A stretch of 64,000 bases of DNA from Minisyncoccota bacterium (GCA_041657885.1 JBBABB010000002.1:121095-185094); one strand, 5' to 3'. Numbered from the stretch's first letter, positions 35,600-45,840 are shown. The notes: generated from the letters alone by a model not told the origin. Made by a program: numbers and translations.

Positions 35600-37975
35600 A
35601 TGCCTTCAAAAAAGAAAGTATCCAGCGTGAAAAAAAATGTGAAAAGGGTCGTCACAAAAAATTCTCCAGTTGCAGAAACAAAAAAATCAATTAAGAATAT
35701 TTTTATTAAAAGCGTTCAAAAAAGGGATGGTACAATCGTTCCTTTTGATATAGAAAAAGTAACGAATGCTATTAATAAAGCTATGCTTTCAAGTGGTGAA
35801 GGTTCTTCAAAAGAAGCGGAGCTTGTTGCCAATGGTGTTTTGATGGAATTAGTTAAAATTGCTAAAAAACACAAGAATTTTATTCCATCTGTTGAAGGAA
35901 TTCAGGATACAGTTGAACAAGAATTAATGTTGTCTGATTATGTGAAAACTTCTAAGCATTACATTCTTTATCGTGAAGAAAGAGCAAGACTAAGAGCTCA
36001 TAGCATAACTGTTCCAGTCCATTTGAAAAAGTTAGCAGATGAAAGCAAAAAATATTTTAGAACTTCCCTTGGTGAATTTGTTTATTACCGAAGTTATTCG
36101 AAGTGGATTAAAGAAGAGGGTAGACGTGAGACATGGATTGAGACAGTTAACCGTTATATGGATTTCATGAAAAAAAATCTTGGCAACAAATTAAAAGCAC
36201 ATGAGTATGATGAGGTTAGAGATTACATTTTGAAAAACAAAGCAATGCCTTCTATGAGATTGTTGCAATTTGCCGGTCGTGCTGCAGAAGCGACAAATGT
36301 TTGTGCATATAATTGCTCATTTATTGCACCTGAGAGTTTCCAAGACATTGCAGAGATAATGTACATATCAATGTGTGGCACTGGTGCTGGTTGGTCAGTG
36401 GAAAGTGAAAATGTTCAAAAGCTTCCACAAATAAAAGTTCAAACAGGCCAGAAACTCGCGACTCATATTATAGATGATAGTAAAGAGGGTTGGGCAGATG
36501 CATTTTCTCTTGGTATAAGCACTTGGGCAGATGGGAAAGATATTGATTTTGATTTTTCAAAACTTCGTCCAGCTGGAGCTCGTCTTATGACCATGGGGGG
36601 CAAAAGTTCAGGACCTGACCCATTACGTAAACTTCTCGGATTTACCCGCAAGAAAATATTTACGAAGCAAGGACGTCGTCTCTCAAATCTAGATGTTCAC
36701 GATATTATTTGTATGGTGGGGGATTGTGTTGTTTCTGGTGGAGTTAGAAGGAGTGCCATGATTTCACTTTCCGATTTAGATGATAATGATATAAGAGATT
36801 CTAAAAAAGGTCAATTTTACCTTACAGATCCTCATAGATCTCTGGCTAACAACTCAGCTGTCTATATGCGAAAACCTCCAGCAACGCAGTTTTTAGATGA
36901 ATGGATTTCATTAATGAAGTCAGGTTCTGGGGAAAGAGGAATATTTAATCGTGGATCACTTGCTAAAACTTTACCAAAACGCCGAATTGATTATTTAAAA
37001 GAAGAAGGATATTTTGATGCATCTGGAGAAAATATTATAGGAATTCTTGGAACAAATCCGTGTGGAGAAATAATTTTGCGCTCAAAACAATTTTGTAATT
37101 TATCAGAAGTTATTTGTAGAGAGGATGACACAAAAGAAAGTTTATTAGAAAAAGTCAGAATAGCAACAATTTTGGGGACTTATCAATCAACTTTAACCAA
37201 TTTCCCATATCTTTCAAAAGCATGGGCAAATAATTGTGCTGCCGAAAGATTGCTTGGGGTATCTCTCACTGGTCAATGGGATAATAAAATTGTTCGTAAT
37301 GCGGAAGTTTTGAAAATATTGAAGAATGAAGCGATAAGAGTAAATAAAGTTTATGCTAAGCGTTTTGAAATTAATACTTCTAATGCTATCACTTGTGTAA
37401 AGCCATCAGGAACAGTTTCTAAAACATTTGATACTGGTTCTGGAATGCACCCAAGACACGCTCCTTACTATATACAACGCATTCGTATTTCTTCAACCGA
37501 TTCATTATTTAAAATGTTGAAAGACCAAGGAGTACCTTATCATCCAGAAGTTGGTCAATCAATGGAAGATGCAAATACTTATGTTCTTGAATTTCCAATG
37601 AAGTCACCCGTCGGGTCAATTTTCAAAGACGACATTTCTTCTATTGAACAATTGGAACATTGGAAATTGGTAAAAGAAAATTATACCGAACATAATCCAT
37701 CTGTGACTATTTCTGTCGGAGATGATGAATGGCTTAAAGTTGCTCATTGGGTTTATGAGAATTGGGATATTGTTGGAGGGTTGTCATTCTTGCCAAGATC
37801 AAATCATGTTTACCAACTTGCACCTTATGAAGAAATAACTAGAGAACAATATGAAACTTTGATGAAGAAATTTCCAACGATTGATTATTCAAAAATTATT
37901 ACTTATGAAAAAGTAGATGAAACTGAAGTAAAAAGAGAACTCGCTTGTATTTCTGGAGTTTGTGATATAGTGTAA
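35600..37975 (+). CDS. nrdJ: Class II (adenosylcobalamin-dependent) ribonucleotide reductase with N-terminal ATP cone
   Basis: V.KRDG..V.FD..K ATP cone; YNCSF, GGVRRSA, TNPCGEI, KPSGT, C-terminal ACISGVC. Confidence 0.92.
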   Translation: MPSKKKVSSVKKNVKRVVTKNSPVAETKKSIKNIFIKSVQKRDGTIVPFDIEKVTNAINKAMLSSGEGSSKEAELVANGVLMELVKIAKKHKNFIPSVEGIQDTVEQELMLSDYVKTSKHYILYREERARLRAHSITVPVHLKKLADESKKYFRTSLGEFVYYRSYSKWIKEEGRRETWIETVNRYMDFMKKNLGNKLKAHEYDEVRDYILKNKAMPSMRLLQFAGRAAEATNVCAYNCSFIAPESFQDIAEIMYISMCGTGAGWSVESENVQKLPQIKVQTGQKLATHIIDDSKEGWADAFSLGISTWADGKDIDFDFSKLRPAGARLMTMGGKSSGPDPLRKLLGFTRKKIFTKQGRRLSNLDVHDIICMVGDCVVSGGVRRSAMISLSDLDDNDIRDSKKGQFYLTDPHRSLANNSAVYMRKPPATQFLDEWISLMKSGSGERGIFNRGSLAKTLPKRRIDYLKEEGYFDASGENIIGILGTNPCGEIILRSKQFCNLSEVICREDDTKESLLEKVRIATILGTYQSTLTNFPYLSKAWANNCAAERLLGVSLTGQWDNKIVRNAEVLKILKNEAIRVNKVYAKRFEINTSNAITCVKPSGTVSKTFDTGSGMHPRHAPYYIQRIRISSTDSLFKMLKDQGVPYHPEVGQSMEDANTYVLEFPMKSPVGSIFKDDISSIEQLEHWKLVKENYTEHNPSVTISVGDDEWLKVAHWVYENWDIVGGLSFLPRSNHVYQLAPYEEITREQYETLMKKFPTIDYSKIITYEKVDETEVKRELACISGVCDIV

Positions 37976-38007
37976 AATAATTAAAAATTAAGAATTAAAA
38001 ATTAATA

Positions 38008-38532
38008 ATGAGAAACGGAATCAAATATGTTATTGCTTTTTTAGTTGTGTTAGTTATCAGACTGATGCCTTTTCGAGCACCAAATGTGGAGCCAATCATG
38101 GCAGTGATTATGCCATTCGGAAAAGTTTACGGAGGAATTATGGCTTTTATATTTGGGTTCCTTAGTATTGTTTTGTTTGACTCTGTAACGTCTGGCATAG
38201 GTATCTGGACCCTTGTCACCGCTCTTGCTTACGGTTTTGTGGGGTTAGGAGCTTATTTTTACTTCAAAAATCGCTCAGGATGGAAAAGTTATGCTTCTTA
38301 TGCAATTATAGCCACAATTCTATATGACGTATTGACTGGTCTTACTATTGGTCCATTGTTTTTCCACCAGTCATTCATGGTATCATTAGTAGGTCAGGTT
38401 CCGTTTACTGCTATGCACTTGCTTGGAAATGTTTCTTTTGCTATAGTTCTATCACCAGTAATTGAAAGATGGATAGTAAAAGAAAATATTTCAGAATCAA
38501 AAATAATGACAAGAGAGATAGTCAAGGTTTAG
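38008..38532 (+). CDS. ECF transporter S-component, probably cobalamin-specific (CbrT-like)
   Basis: RL.P...PNVEP, multiple TMs, PF...H..GN; between nrdJ and B12 riboswitch. Confidence 0.7.
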   Translation: MRNGIKYVIAFLVVLVIRLMPFRAPNVEPIMAVIMPFGKVYGGIMAFIFGFLSIVLFDSVTSGIGIWTLVTALAYGFVGLGAYFYFKNRSGWKSYASYAIIATILYDVLTGLTIGPLFFHQSFMVSLVGQVPFTAMHLLGNVSFAIVLSPVIERWIVKENISESKIMTREIVKV

Positions 38533-38552
38533 TTTATTTAACAATCGAATAC

Positions 38553-38672
38553 CTATTATGTTTGGAAGTGAGGTTTAATTCCTCCACTGTGCCGCAACGG
38601 TAAAGTCCAACGCTAAGTGCGTTTAGGAACAAGTCCGATCTTAATATAATAGCGTTTGTCCCGAGCAGGAGA
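38553..38672 (+). ncRNA. Cobalamin riboswitch (short variant)
   Basis: GGAAgtgaGGTttAATTCCtcCACTGTgCCGCAACGGTAA core, AAGTCCGA B12-box-like segment, outer stem ctattatgtt/aatataatag. Confidence 0.85.
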
Positions 38673-38690
38673 ATACTTACTTTGTATTTT

Positions 38691-38722
38691 AAAAAACTTC
38701 TGCATGTGTAGGAGTTTTTTTT
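38691..38722 (+). terminator. Riboswitch expression-platform terminator
   Basis: aaaaaacttctgca / tgtaggagtttttttt. Confidence 0.7.
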
Positions 38723-38733
38723 GATTTATATTT

Positions 38734-39171
38734 ATGAAAAATAATAAAAAAATTTCCATAGCATTTATAATATTTTCTATTTTATTTATAGGTTTTTTCT
38801 ATTATTTTAATTTTCAGATAGGGGTTAAACTCCTATCTGAGGTACAGAAAGGGCCTAAGGCCCTATCTGTGAAGAATGTAGAAGTTTCTTTAAATGTTTT
38901 AGATAAAAAATACGAAGTAGAAATAAGAGAGGACTCATCTGTTTTTGAAGTTATGCAGAAAATACAAGAAGAAAGTATGGGGAATAATTTATTTAGTTTT
39001 AAATACAGAGAACATCCGGGGTTAGGAATTTTTATAAATGAGATAAATGGTAAAAAAGGAGGAGAAGGTGGGTATTGGATTTATTATGTAAATGGGGAAG
39101 AAGCTAACATCGGAGTTTCTAATTATAAAATTAATAATGGAGATATAATCTCTTGGAAATATGAAAAATAA
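38734..39171 (+). CDS. DUF4430 (transcobalamin C-terminal-like) protein
   Basis: G.FI.EING......YWIYYVNG....G...Y....GD.I.W.Y. Confidence 0.85.
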   Translation: MKNNKKISIAFIIFSILFIGFFYYFNFQIGVKLLSEVQKGPKALSVKNVEVSLNVLDKKYEVEIREDSSVFEVMQKIQEESMGNNLFSFKYREHPGLGIFINEINGKKGGEGGYWIYYVNGEEANIGVSNYKINNGDIISWKYEK

Positions 39172-40984
39172 AATTATTTTTGCAATAATGTTTATTGCAT
39201 TCGCATTGTCTTTTGTTTTACCTGTTTTCGCTGATACAAAAATTAATTTACAAATAAAAACAAATACTCAAACAATTTATGATAGTGAAATAACTGTAAC
39301 CCCTTGCGATAGTGAAAGTGATGGAATATTAAAAGAGACTCCATATTGTGCACTTGCACAGTCTGGTACACCGAGTGATTGGACGGGCTTATGGGTGAAC
39401 TCTATAAATAATATAATCAATAATGATAATGGTAACGGCGCATATTGGATGTGGCTTGCAAATTTAAACATTGATACTAGCCCAACTTCTCCATATTCTC
39501 TCTCCTCTAAGCAATATATTTTACAAGGTAATGATAATATACTCTTTTACTATAATACAAACCCTCTTGATATATCTGTTGATAATGAAAATCCAAAAGT
39601 TGGGGAGAGTATAAAAATAACTGGGAAAGAATTAGGTCTGGATTCATCATGGAATCCTTTATGGAATAAAGCTATTGGTGGGAAAGTAGTAATTAATGGA
39701 GAAGAACACGAATTAAATGAAAATGGTGAATTTCTGTTTGAAATAATAAATGAAGATAGTCTTTTAATAAAAATAAAAAAAGAGAATTTTATTGATTCAA
39801 GAGAAGTAACAATAACACCGGAGAAAATTAGAAGGAGCAGTGGAAGCAGAGCAGGATCTTATATCAACACAAGTGTAATAGAAAAATCGTTTTCTGTAGC
39901 TAATGCGATTTTATTTTTATCTCAAAATCAACAAAATGATAGGTCATATGGTTTACCCATGTACACTGACTGGGTAGCGATAGCGGTATCAGCAGGAGAT
40001 AATTCTAATCTGAAATTAAGTATAACAAATTATTTAAAATCAAATTCTATAAATTCATCTATTCTTACAGATAATGAAAGGCGTGCTATGTCCTTAATGG
40101 CTCTTGGAATTAATCCATACATAGGAACTGATGTAAATTATATTAAGAAAATTACTGATAATTTTGATGGAATACAATTCGGAGATAATTCACTTATAAA
40201 TGATGACATCTTTGCTTTGATTGTTCTTAAAAATGCAGGCTATACTATAAATGATGAAATAATTATAAAAGATATAAATTATATAATTTCAAAACAATTT
40301 TTAGATGGTTCGTGGGGAAATGTTGATATGACTTCTGCTGGTATTCAAGCGTTAAGAAGTTTTGAAAATATTGTTTTAGTACCAGAATCTATTTCAAAAG
40401 CAGAAAATTATTTGATTTCAAGTCAAGAACCTGACGGGGGATTTGGTAATTCATTTTCAACTTCTTGGGCATTACAGTCATTACAAAATAATGACCAGAT
40501 TTTAAAAGCTCTGAAATATTTAACTTCAAAGCAAGAAGTAGATGGAGGAATGGAAAGCATTGATGTAGACATAAATACTCGTATTTGGGTGACTGCTTAT
40601 GTAATACCTGCCATGCTTCATAAACCTTGGAATGAAATTTTAAATAATTTTCCTAAAGAAATAGTATTAGATGATTCTGTTCCGACAAAAATAGAAGATA
40701 AAAAAATTATTGAGGTTCCCAAAATAAAAAATATAAGGAAGTCCAACTTCCTTAAAATCTCTGGAAGCCTGCCCGACGACGGCAAGGCGGGTTCGACTTC
40801 CAGAAATTCTGAATCTTTATCAAAAAATTTAGAAGAAAAGGACATTTCAGTTAATCCATTATCAGTAAGTGCTATTGGATCTAATCAAAATAATAATAGT
40901 GGCACATTTTTCCCTGTAATTTATAGAATTTTACAAAAAATAAGAATTCCATTTGTGTGGCTTTGGGTTCACCTTGGTTTTTGA
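39161..40984 (+). CDS. Secreted/surface protein with DUF4430-like and prenyltransferase alpha/alpha-toroid repeats (putative cobalamin binder)
   Basis: Signal peptide; Q..DGSW, Q..DGGFG repeats; D.T...IQAL; C-terminal hydrophobic tail. Confidence 0.72.
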   Translation: MKNKIIFAIMFIAFALSFVLPVFADTKINLQIKTNTQTIYDSEITVTPCDSESDGILKETPYCALAQSGTPSDWTGLWVNSINNIINNDNGNGAYWMWLANLNIDTSPTSPYSLSSKQYILQGNDNILFYYNTNPLDISVDNENPKVGESIKITGKELGLDSSWNPLWNKAIGGKVVINGEEHELNENGEFLFEIINEDSLLIKIKKENFIDSREVTITPEKIRRSSGSRAGSYINTSVIEKSFSVANAILFLSQNQQNDRSYGLPMYTDWVAIAVSAGDNSNLKLSITNYLKSNSINSSILTDNERRAMSLMALGINPYIGTDVNYIKKITDNFDGIQFGDNSLINDDIFALIVLKNAGYTINDEIIIKDINYIISKQFLDGSWGNVDMTSAGIQALRSFENIVLVPESISKAENYLISSQEPDGGFGNSFSTSWALQSLQNNDQILKALKYLTSKQEVDGGMESIDVDINTRIWVTAYVIPAMLHKPWNEILNNFPKEIVLDDSVPTKIEDKKIIEVPKIKNIRKSNFLKISGSLPDDGKAGSTSRNSESLSKNLEEKDISVNPLSVSAIGSNQNNNSGTFFPVIYRILQKIRIPFVWLWVHLGF

Positions 40985-41078
40985 TATATGGATTACCATA
41001 TAACAACAGCACTCAGACACCAAACAAATGAATACAATTCATTTGCTTGAGCCCCTCGTTTGTTGTTATAATACCGCC

Positions 41079-41453
41079 ATGCAAACAAAATTCATTGTAT
41101 TTATAGTATTGGTAGTTTTTCTTGTTGGAGGTTTTGGTATTTATATGGGTTTAAAACCAGAAACACCTAGTAAATTAGATGGTTTTGCTCAATGTTTGAA
41201 ATCTTCTGGAGCAGAGTTTTATGGTGCATTTTGGTGTATTCATTGTCAAGAACAGAAAGCAGAATTTGGTACATCTTCAAAATATCTTCCCTACGTTGAA
41301 TGTGCTAATCCAGACAATACTCAAAAACAGATTTGTATTGATAAAAAAATTGAAGGTTATCCAACTTGGATTTTTGCTGATGGGACAAGACTTTCAGGAA
41401 AATTATCTTTTGAAACTTTAGCTGAAAAAACACAGTGCATTCTGCCTCAATAA
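41079..41453 (+). CDS. Membrane-anchored thioredoxin-like protein (VKOR-partner type)
   Basis: YGAFWCIHC..QK..FG, YVEC, I.GYPTW; start ATG 41079 after TGTTATAAT. Confidence 0.85.
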   Translation: MQTKFIVFIVLVVFLVGGFGIYMGLKPETPSKLDGFAQCLKSSGAEFYGAFWCIHCQEQKAEFGTSSKYLPYVECANPDNTQKQICIDKKIEGYPTWIFADGTRLSGKLSFETLAEKTQCILPQ

Positions 41454-41499
41454 ATTACTATTCGGGGATTATTATCCAGGACCGTCCTGTGTAGTATGT

Positions 41500-41528
41500 T
41501 TGCTTGAGTGGTGATATTGTGGTATAAT
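41500..41528 (+). promoter_or_regulatory. Sigma70-type promoter of paralog 3 (near-leaderless)
   Basis: TTGCTT-17 nt-TATAAT with TG extension, 8 nt before ATG 41537. Confidence 0.7.
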
Positions 41529-41536
41529 ATAAATAT

Positions 41537-43252
41537 ATGAAGAATGAAATTAAAAGCTGTCAAAACTGCAAGCTTCAATTTACAATTGAGTCCGATGATT
41601 TTTCATTTTACGAAAAAATTAAAGTTCCTCCACCAACTTTTTGTTCTGAGTGCAGGATGAAAGCACGTTATGCTTTTCGTAGTCAGACATCTCTATATAG
41701 AAGAATTTGTGACCTTTGTAAAGTAAGTATTATATCTATGTATGATTCAGATAAACCATTTCCAGTATATTGTCGAGATTGCTTTTATGGAGATAAATGG
41801 GATGCCACTTCATATGAACAGGATTATGATTTTGATAAATCATTTTTTGAGCAATTTAAAGAGTTAATGAATAAAACTCCACGAATTGCACTCATAGGGA
41901 CTAATAAGATAAATAGTGATTATACGACGCATTGCAGTGATATTAAAAATTGTTATTTATGTTTTAGTATTGGTCATTCCGAAGATTGTTTTTATCTAGG
42001 TCCTCAGTGTGTTAATGATAAGAATTGTTCTTCTTGCTCGATAACAAGATTTTCTGAATGGTCTTATATGCTTGTTGATTGTGAACAATGTTATAAAGTG
42101 AGTTTTTCTCAAATTTCTGTTAACTGTATTGAATCAATGTTTTTGTATGATTGTAGAAATTGTCAAAATTGTTTGGGTTGTACTAACTTAAGAAATAAGA
42201 ATTATTTTATTCTTAATCAACAATACACTAAGGAAGAATATTTAGTTAAGAAAAAAGAGTTAGCCCTTAATACATTTGATGGTTTTGAAAAATTCAAAAA
42301 AGAGTTTGAAAATTTAAAGAAAATATCCCTTCATAAATATTCTAGTGTAACTAATTCAAAAGATTGTACTGGTGATAACATTATTAATTCTCGAAACTGC
42401 AAAAATTGTTTCGTTATTTATGATTCAGAGAATACAAAATACAGTTATATCTGCAATAAAGCAAAAGAATGTATGGATGTTACTCATGTTTATCCATCTT
42501 CCGAATTTTCTTATTATTCCATTGCTCCTATTTATTCAAGTAAAATATACTTTTCTTCATTTATACAGTCGAATAGTTATGATATGTGGTATTCTGATAA
42601 TTGTTATACTTCTCATGATTGTTTTGGTTCAATATCTTTAAAAAATAAAAGTTATTGTATTTTAAATAAGCAATATACAGAAGAAGAATATTTTAAATTA
42701 AAGGAAAAGATAATTTTTCAGATGAGTTCTGTGCCATATTTAGGTAAGAATAATAGAGTTTATAATTTTGGTGATTTTTTCCCGTTTGAAATAAGTCCTT
42801 TTGATTATAATGAAAGTGTTCTTCAGGAATATTTTCCATTAACGAAAGAAGAAATTTTAAAAAGTGGATATTCTTGGCATGATCCTATTAATAAATCTTA
42901 CGAAATATCTATAAAAGCAGAAGATTTATCTTTACGTATTCAAGAAATTGGAGATGATATAATAAAAGAAACAATAGAGTGCGAACATAAAGGAAATTGT
43001 GCACATAATTGTAGTACAGCTTTTCGTATTTTACCAGATGAAATGCAAATTTATAAAACACTTGAAGTTCCTATCCCCAAATTATGTCAAAATTGTCGTT
43101 ATGCGGAAAGAATTTCATTAAGAAATCCAATGAAACTCTGGCATCGGTCTTGTATGAAAGAAGGGTGTATTAATGAATTTGAGACCTCTTATGCGCCAGG
43201 AAGGCCTGAAATTGTTTATTGTGAGAATTGTTATAATAAAGAAATATATTGA
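41537..43252 (+). CDS. Cys-rich ~572-aa protein, paralog 3 of 5
   Basis: Same terminal and internal motifs. Confidence 0.85.
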   Translation: MKNEIKSCQNCKLQFTIESDDFSFYEKIKVPPPTFCSECRMKARYAFRSQTSLYRRICDLCKVSIISMYDSDKPFPVYCRDCFYGDKWDATSYEQDYDFDKSFFEQFKELMNKTPRIALIGTNKINSDYTTHCSDIKNCYLCFSIGHSEDCFYLGPQCVNDKNCSSCSITRFSEWSYMLVDCEQCYKVSFSQISVNCIESMFLYDCRNCQNCLGCTNLRNKNYFILNQQYTKEEYLVKKKELALNTFDGFEKFKKEFENLKKISLHKYSSVTNSKDCTGDNIINSRNCKNCFVIYDSENTKYSYICNKAKECMDVTHVYPSSEFSYYSIAPIYSSKIYFSSFIQSNSYDMWYSDNCYTSHDCFGSISLKNKSYCILNKQYTEEEYFKLKEKIIFQMSSVPYLGKNNRVYNFGDFFPFEISPFDYNESVLQEYFPLTKEEILKSGYSWHDPINKSYEISIKAEDLSLRIQEIGDDIIKETIECEHKGNCAHNCSTAFRILPDEMQIYKTLEVPIPKLCQNCRYAERISLRNPMKLWHRSCMKEGCINEFETSYAPGRPEIVYCENCYNKEIY

Positions 43253-43344
43253 ATTAGTAATTACTAATTATAATTGTTCTTTAATAGGTTTAAATTATAA
43301 GTACTACCTAGTCGAGGTAGTATCAATTTATTAGTAAATTTTAG

Positions 43345-43408
43345 CTACCTACGCCACCTCCTCAGTACAAGACTACGGCGAGTCAAGGTGTGCTACGGCG
43401 AGCCGAAG
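43345..43408. repeat. Nested pair of CTACGGCGAGYC-type short repeats
   Basis: ctacctacgc[cacctcctcagtacaagactacggcgagtcaaggtg]tgctacggcgagccgaag. Confidence 0.65.
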
Positions 43409-43415
43409 AAATTAT

Positions 43416-43841
43416 ATGCTTTACGAAACAGTACAAAAAGAGGATAAAGAGATTGTTTTTGTTTATACAACATGTGGAAGTATAGAAGAAGCAAGGTCAA
43501 TAGGTCTTTCTGCCATAAAAGAAAGATTGGCCATTTCTGCGGATTATTGGCTTATCAATTCAATATATCCATGGAAAGGTGTTATCCAAGAGATAGGTCA
43601 GTGTATGCTTATGTTTGCAACGCAGAAAACCTTAAGTGACAAGTTAATCAAACATATAGAAGCAGAGCATTCATACAGTGTTCCAATTATTATAAGGAGT
43701 GAGACATCTTTGACAAATCAGGAGTATGCTTTTTGGGTAGATAATACACTAACAGGCAAAGAGGAATATATCACCGAAGCCGAAGAACAACTTAAAAAGA
43801 AAAATGAGGAAGTAGGGTATCATTATGATAGACTTAAGTAA
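43416..43841 (+). CDS. cutA: Divalent-cation tolerance protein CutA-like
   Basis: VYTTC.S.EEA..I.....ERLA, I.SIY.W.G, HSY.VP.I. Confidence 0.8.
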   Translation: MLYETVQKEDKEIVFVYTTCGSIEEARSIGLSAIKERLAISADYWLINSIYPWKGVIQEIGQCMLMFATQKTLSDKLIKHIEAEHSYSVPIIIRSETSLTNQEYAFWVDNTLTGKEEYITEAEEQLKKKNEEVGYHYDRLK

Positions 43842-43850
43842 TAGTAAGAG

Positions 43851-43885
43851 AGAATTAAGAATTAAGAATTAAGAATTGAGAATTG
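43851..43885 (+). repeat. Heptamer tandem repeat (AGAATTR)x5
   Basis: agaatta agaatta agaatta agaattg agaattg, running into the TTG start at 43883. Confidence 0.8.
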
Positions 43886-45604
43886 GAATACCAATCAACA
43901 ATAAAACAGTGTCAAAATTGCAAGAATGACTTCACCATTGAGTCCGATGATTTTTCATTTTATGAAAAAATAAAGGTTCCTGCCCCAACTTTTTGTCCGG
44001 AGTGCCGTATGATAAGAAGAATGACTTGGAGGAATGAAAGGTCTTTTTTTAAAAGGGATTGTGATTTTACTGGTAAACCGATAATCACAATGTTCCATCC
44101 TGAAGCTAATGTAAAAATATATGATCATGATGTTTGGTGGAGTGATAAATGGGAACCAACTGATTACGGCATGGATTATGATTTTTCTCGACCGTTCTTT
44201 AAGCAATATCAAGAACTTTTGTCTAAAGTTCCGCTTCAAAACTTAGGAAATAATCGTTGCATTAATTCCCCATATTGTAACCATTGTGCTGACTGTAAAA
44301 ATTGTTATTTAGTTTATGCTTCTTATCTGGCTGAAGATATTTTATATTCTCAAGGGGCTGGTTCTTTAAAAAGTTGTATTGACACTTATTCAATTATGAA
44401 ATCGGAGCAATGTTATGAAGACGTTCTTTGTGATTCTCTATATCAGGTCAATTTTTCTTTTGGCTCTGATCAATCAATTAATTCTTCTTTTTTGAAAGAA
44501 TGTATAAATTGTCAAGAATGTATCTGTTGTATAAATCTTCGTAATAAAAAATATTGTATTTTTAATAAGCAATATACCAAAGAAGAATATTTAAAAATTA
44601 AAGAAAGTTTAGATTTTGGAAGTTATAAAGTATTGTCTGAATTTAAAAAACAATATAAAGAATTCATTCTTAAATTTCCTTGCAAATATGCTGGAATATT
44701 AAAATCTCCTGATTCATCTGGGGATTGTATTTTAAATTCAAAAAATGTAAAACAGTCTTTTGATATTTACGGCGATATTGAAGATTCAAAATATGTAGCT
44801 CATGGTTTAGGGGCTAAAGACAGTTATGATGTTTATGGTTTTGGAGCTGGAGCTTTTCTTTTGTATGAGGGAGTAGATATTGGTATTAGGGGATCCAATA
44901 ATTATTTTTGCGTTCTTAATCATGGAAGCATTAATACTCAATATACTTATATGTGCTATAATGCCAAAAATCTTTTTGGTTGTATTGGTATAAGAAAAGG
45001 AGAATATTGTATTTTAAATAAAAAATATTCTAAAGAAAAATATGAAGAATTGGTTCCTAAAATAATAGAACATATGAACAATATGCCTTACATAGATAAT
45101 AAGGGTAGAATCTATAAATATGGAGAATTTTTTCCATCAGAATTAAGTCCATTTGCTTACAACGAAACCATAGCACAAGAATATTTTCCTAAAACAAAAA
45201 ACGAAATAGAAAACGATGGATATTTGTACAGAAAATCTCCCAAAAGGGAATATAAAACGACTATAAATTCTAAAGATTTACTAGATAATATAAATGAAGT
45301 AAATGATAATATCATAGATGAAATTATCGCTTGCCCAAATAATGGCAATGAATTAACCTTATGTACACAAGCATATCGCATAGTTAAAGATGAATTAACT
45401 TTTTTAAGAAGATATAATATCGCCTTACCGCGTTACTGTCCTAATTGCAGACACTATGAACGCCTATCTCAAAGAAATCCTATGAAATTATGGCACCGAA
45501 AATGCATGAAGGAAGGATGTAATAATGAATTTGAGACAAGTTATGCCCCAGAAAGGCCCGAGATTATTTATTGTGAGAAGTGCTATCAGAAGGAAGTGTA
45601 TTAA
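43883..45604 (+). CDS. Cys-rich ~572-aa protein, paralog 4 of 5 (TTG start)
   Basis: Same terminal and internal motifs. Confidence 0.83.
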   Translation: MEYQSTIKQCQNCKNDFTIESDDFSFYEKIKVPAPTFCPECRMIRRMTWRNERSFFKRDCDFTGKPIITMFHPEANVKIYDHDVWWSDKWEPTDYGMDYDFSRPFFKQYQELLSKVPLQNLGNNRCINSPYCNHCADCKNCYLVYASYLAEDILYSQGAGSLKSCIDTYSIMKSEQCYEDVLCDSLYQVNFSFGSDQSINSSFLKECINCQECICCINLRNKKYCIFNKQYTKEEYLKIKESLDFGSYKVLSEFKKQYKEFILKFPCKYAGILKSPDSSGDCILNSKNVKQSFDIYGDIEDSKYVAHGLGAKDSYDVYGFGAGAFLLYEGVDIGIRGSNNYFCVLNHGSINTQYTYMCYNAKNLFGCIGIRKGEYCILNKKYSKEKYEELVPKIIEHMNNMPYIDNKGRIYKYGEFFPSELSPFAYNETIAQEYFPKTKNEIENDGYLYRKSPKREYKTTINSKDLLDNINEVNDNIIDEIIACPNNGNELTLCTQAYRIVKDELTFLRRYNIALPRYCPNCRHYERLSQRNPMKLWHRKCMKEGCNNEFETSYAPERPEIIYCEKCYQKEVY

Positions 45605-45605
45605 A

Positions 45606-45791
45606 ATTCTCCTCTTGAGGTGAAGTTGGGTTGGGACCCAACTGTAAAACCTTTTGAGATATCTTTGTAATCAAAGTATCCAAAAGGTGTACTGCTCCTG
45701 TAAGGAGTACCTGTTAATGCAGGGGAGGTGGATATATTTAACTTATCCACCCCGTCCTTTGGGTACAAAGTCCACCCCTCAAGAGGGGAAT
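45606..45791. repeat. Structured REP/MITE-like element, copy B
   Basis: Identical to copy A over the first ~106 bp, compensatory changes afterwards. Confidence 0.85.
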
Positions 45792-45840
45792 AAAACACAG
45801 ATTCTTATTCTTTTTTGTTTTTATTTGGTATAATATAACT

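Noticed and set aside
45601-45798. 65-aa minus-strand ORF in the track
   Set aside because: It is a translation of the palindromic repeat element; no coding support.
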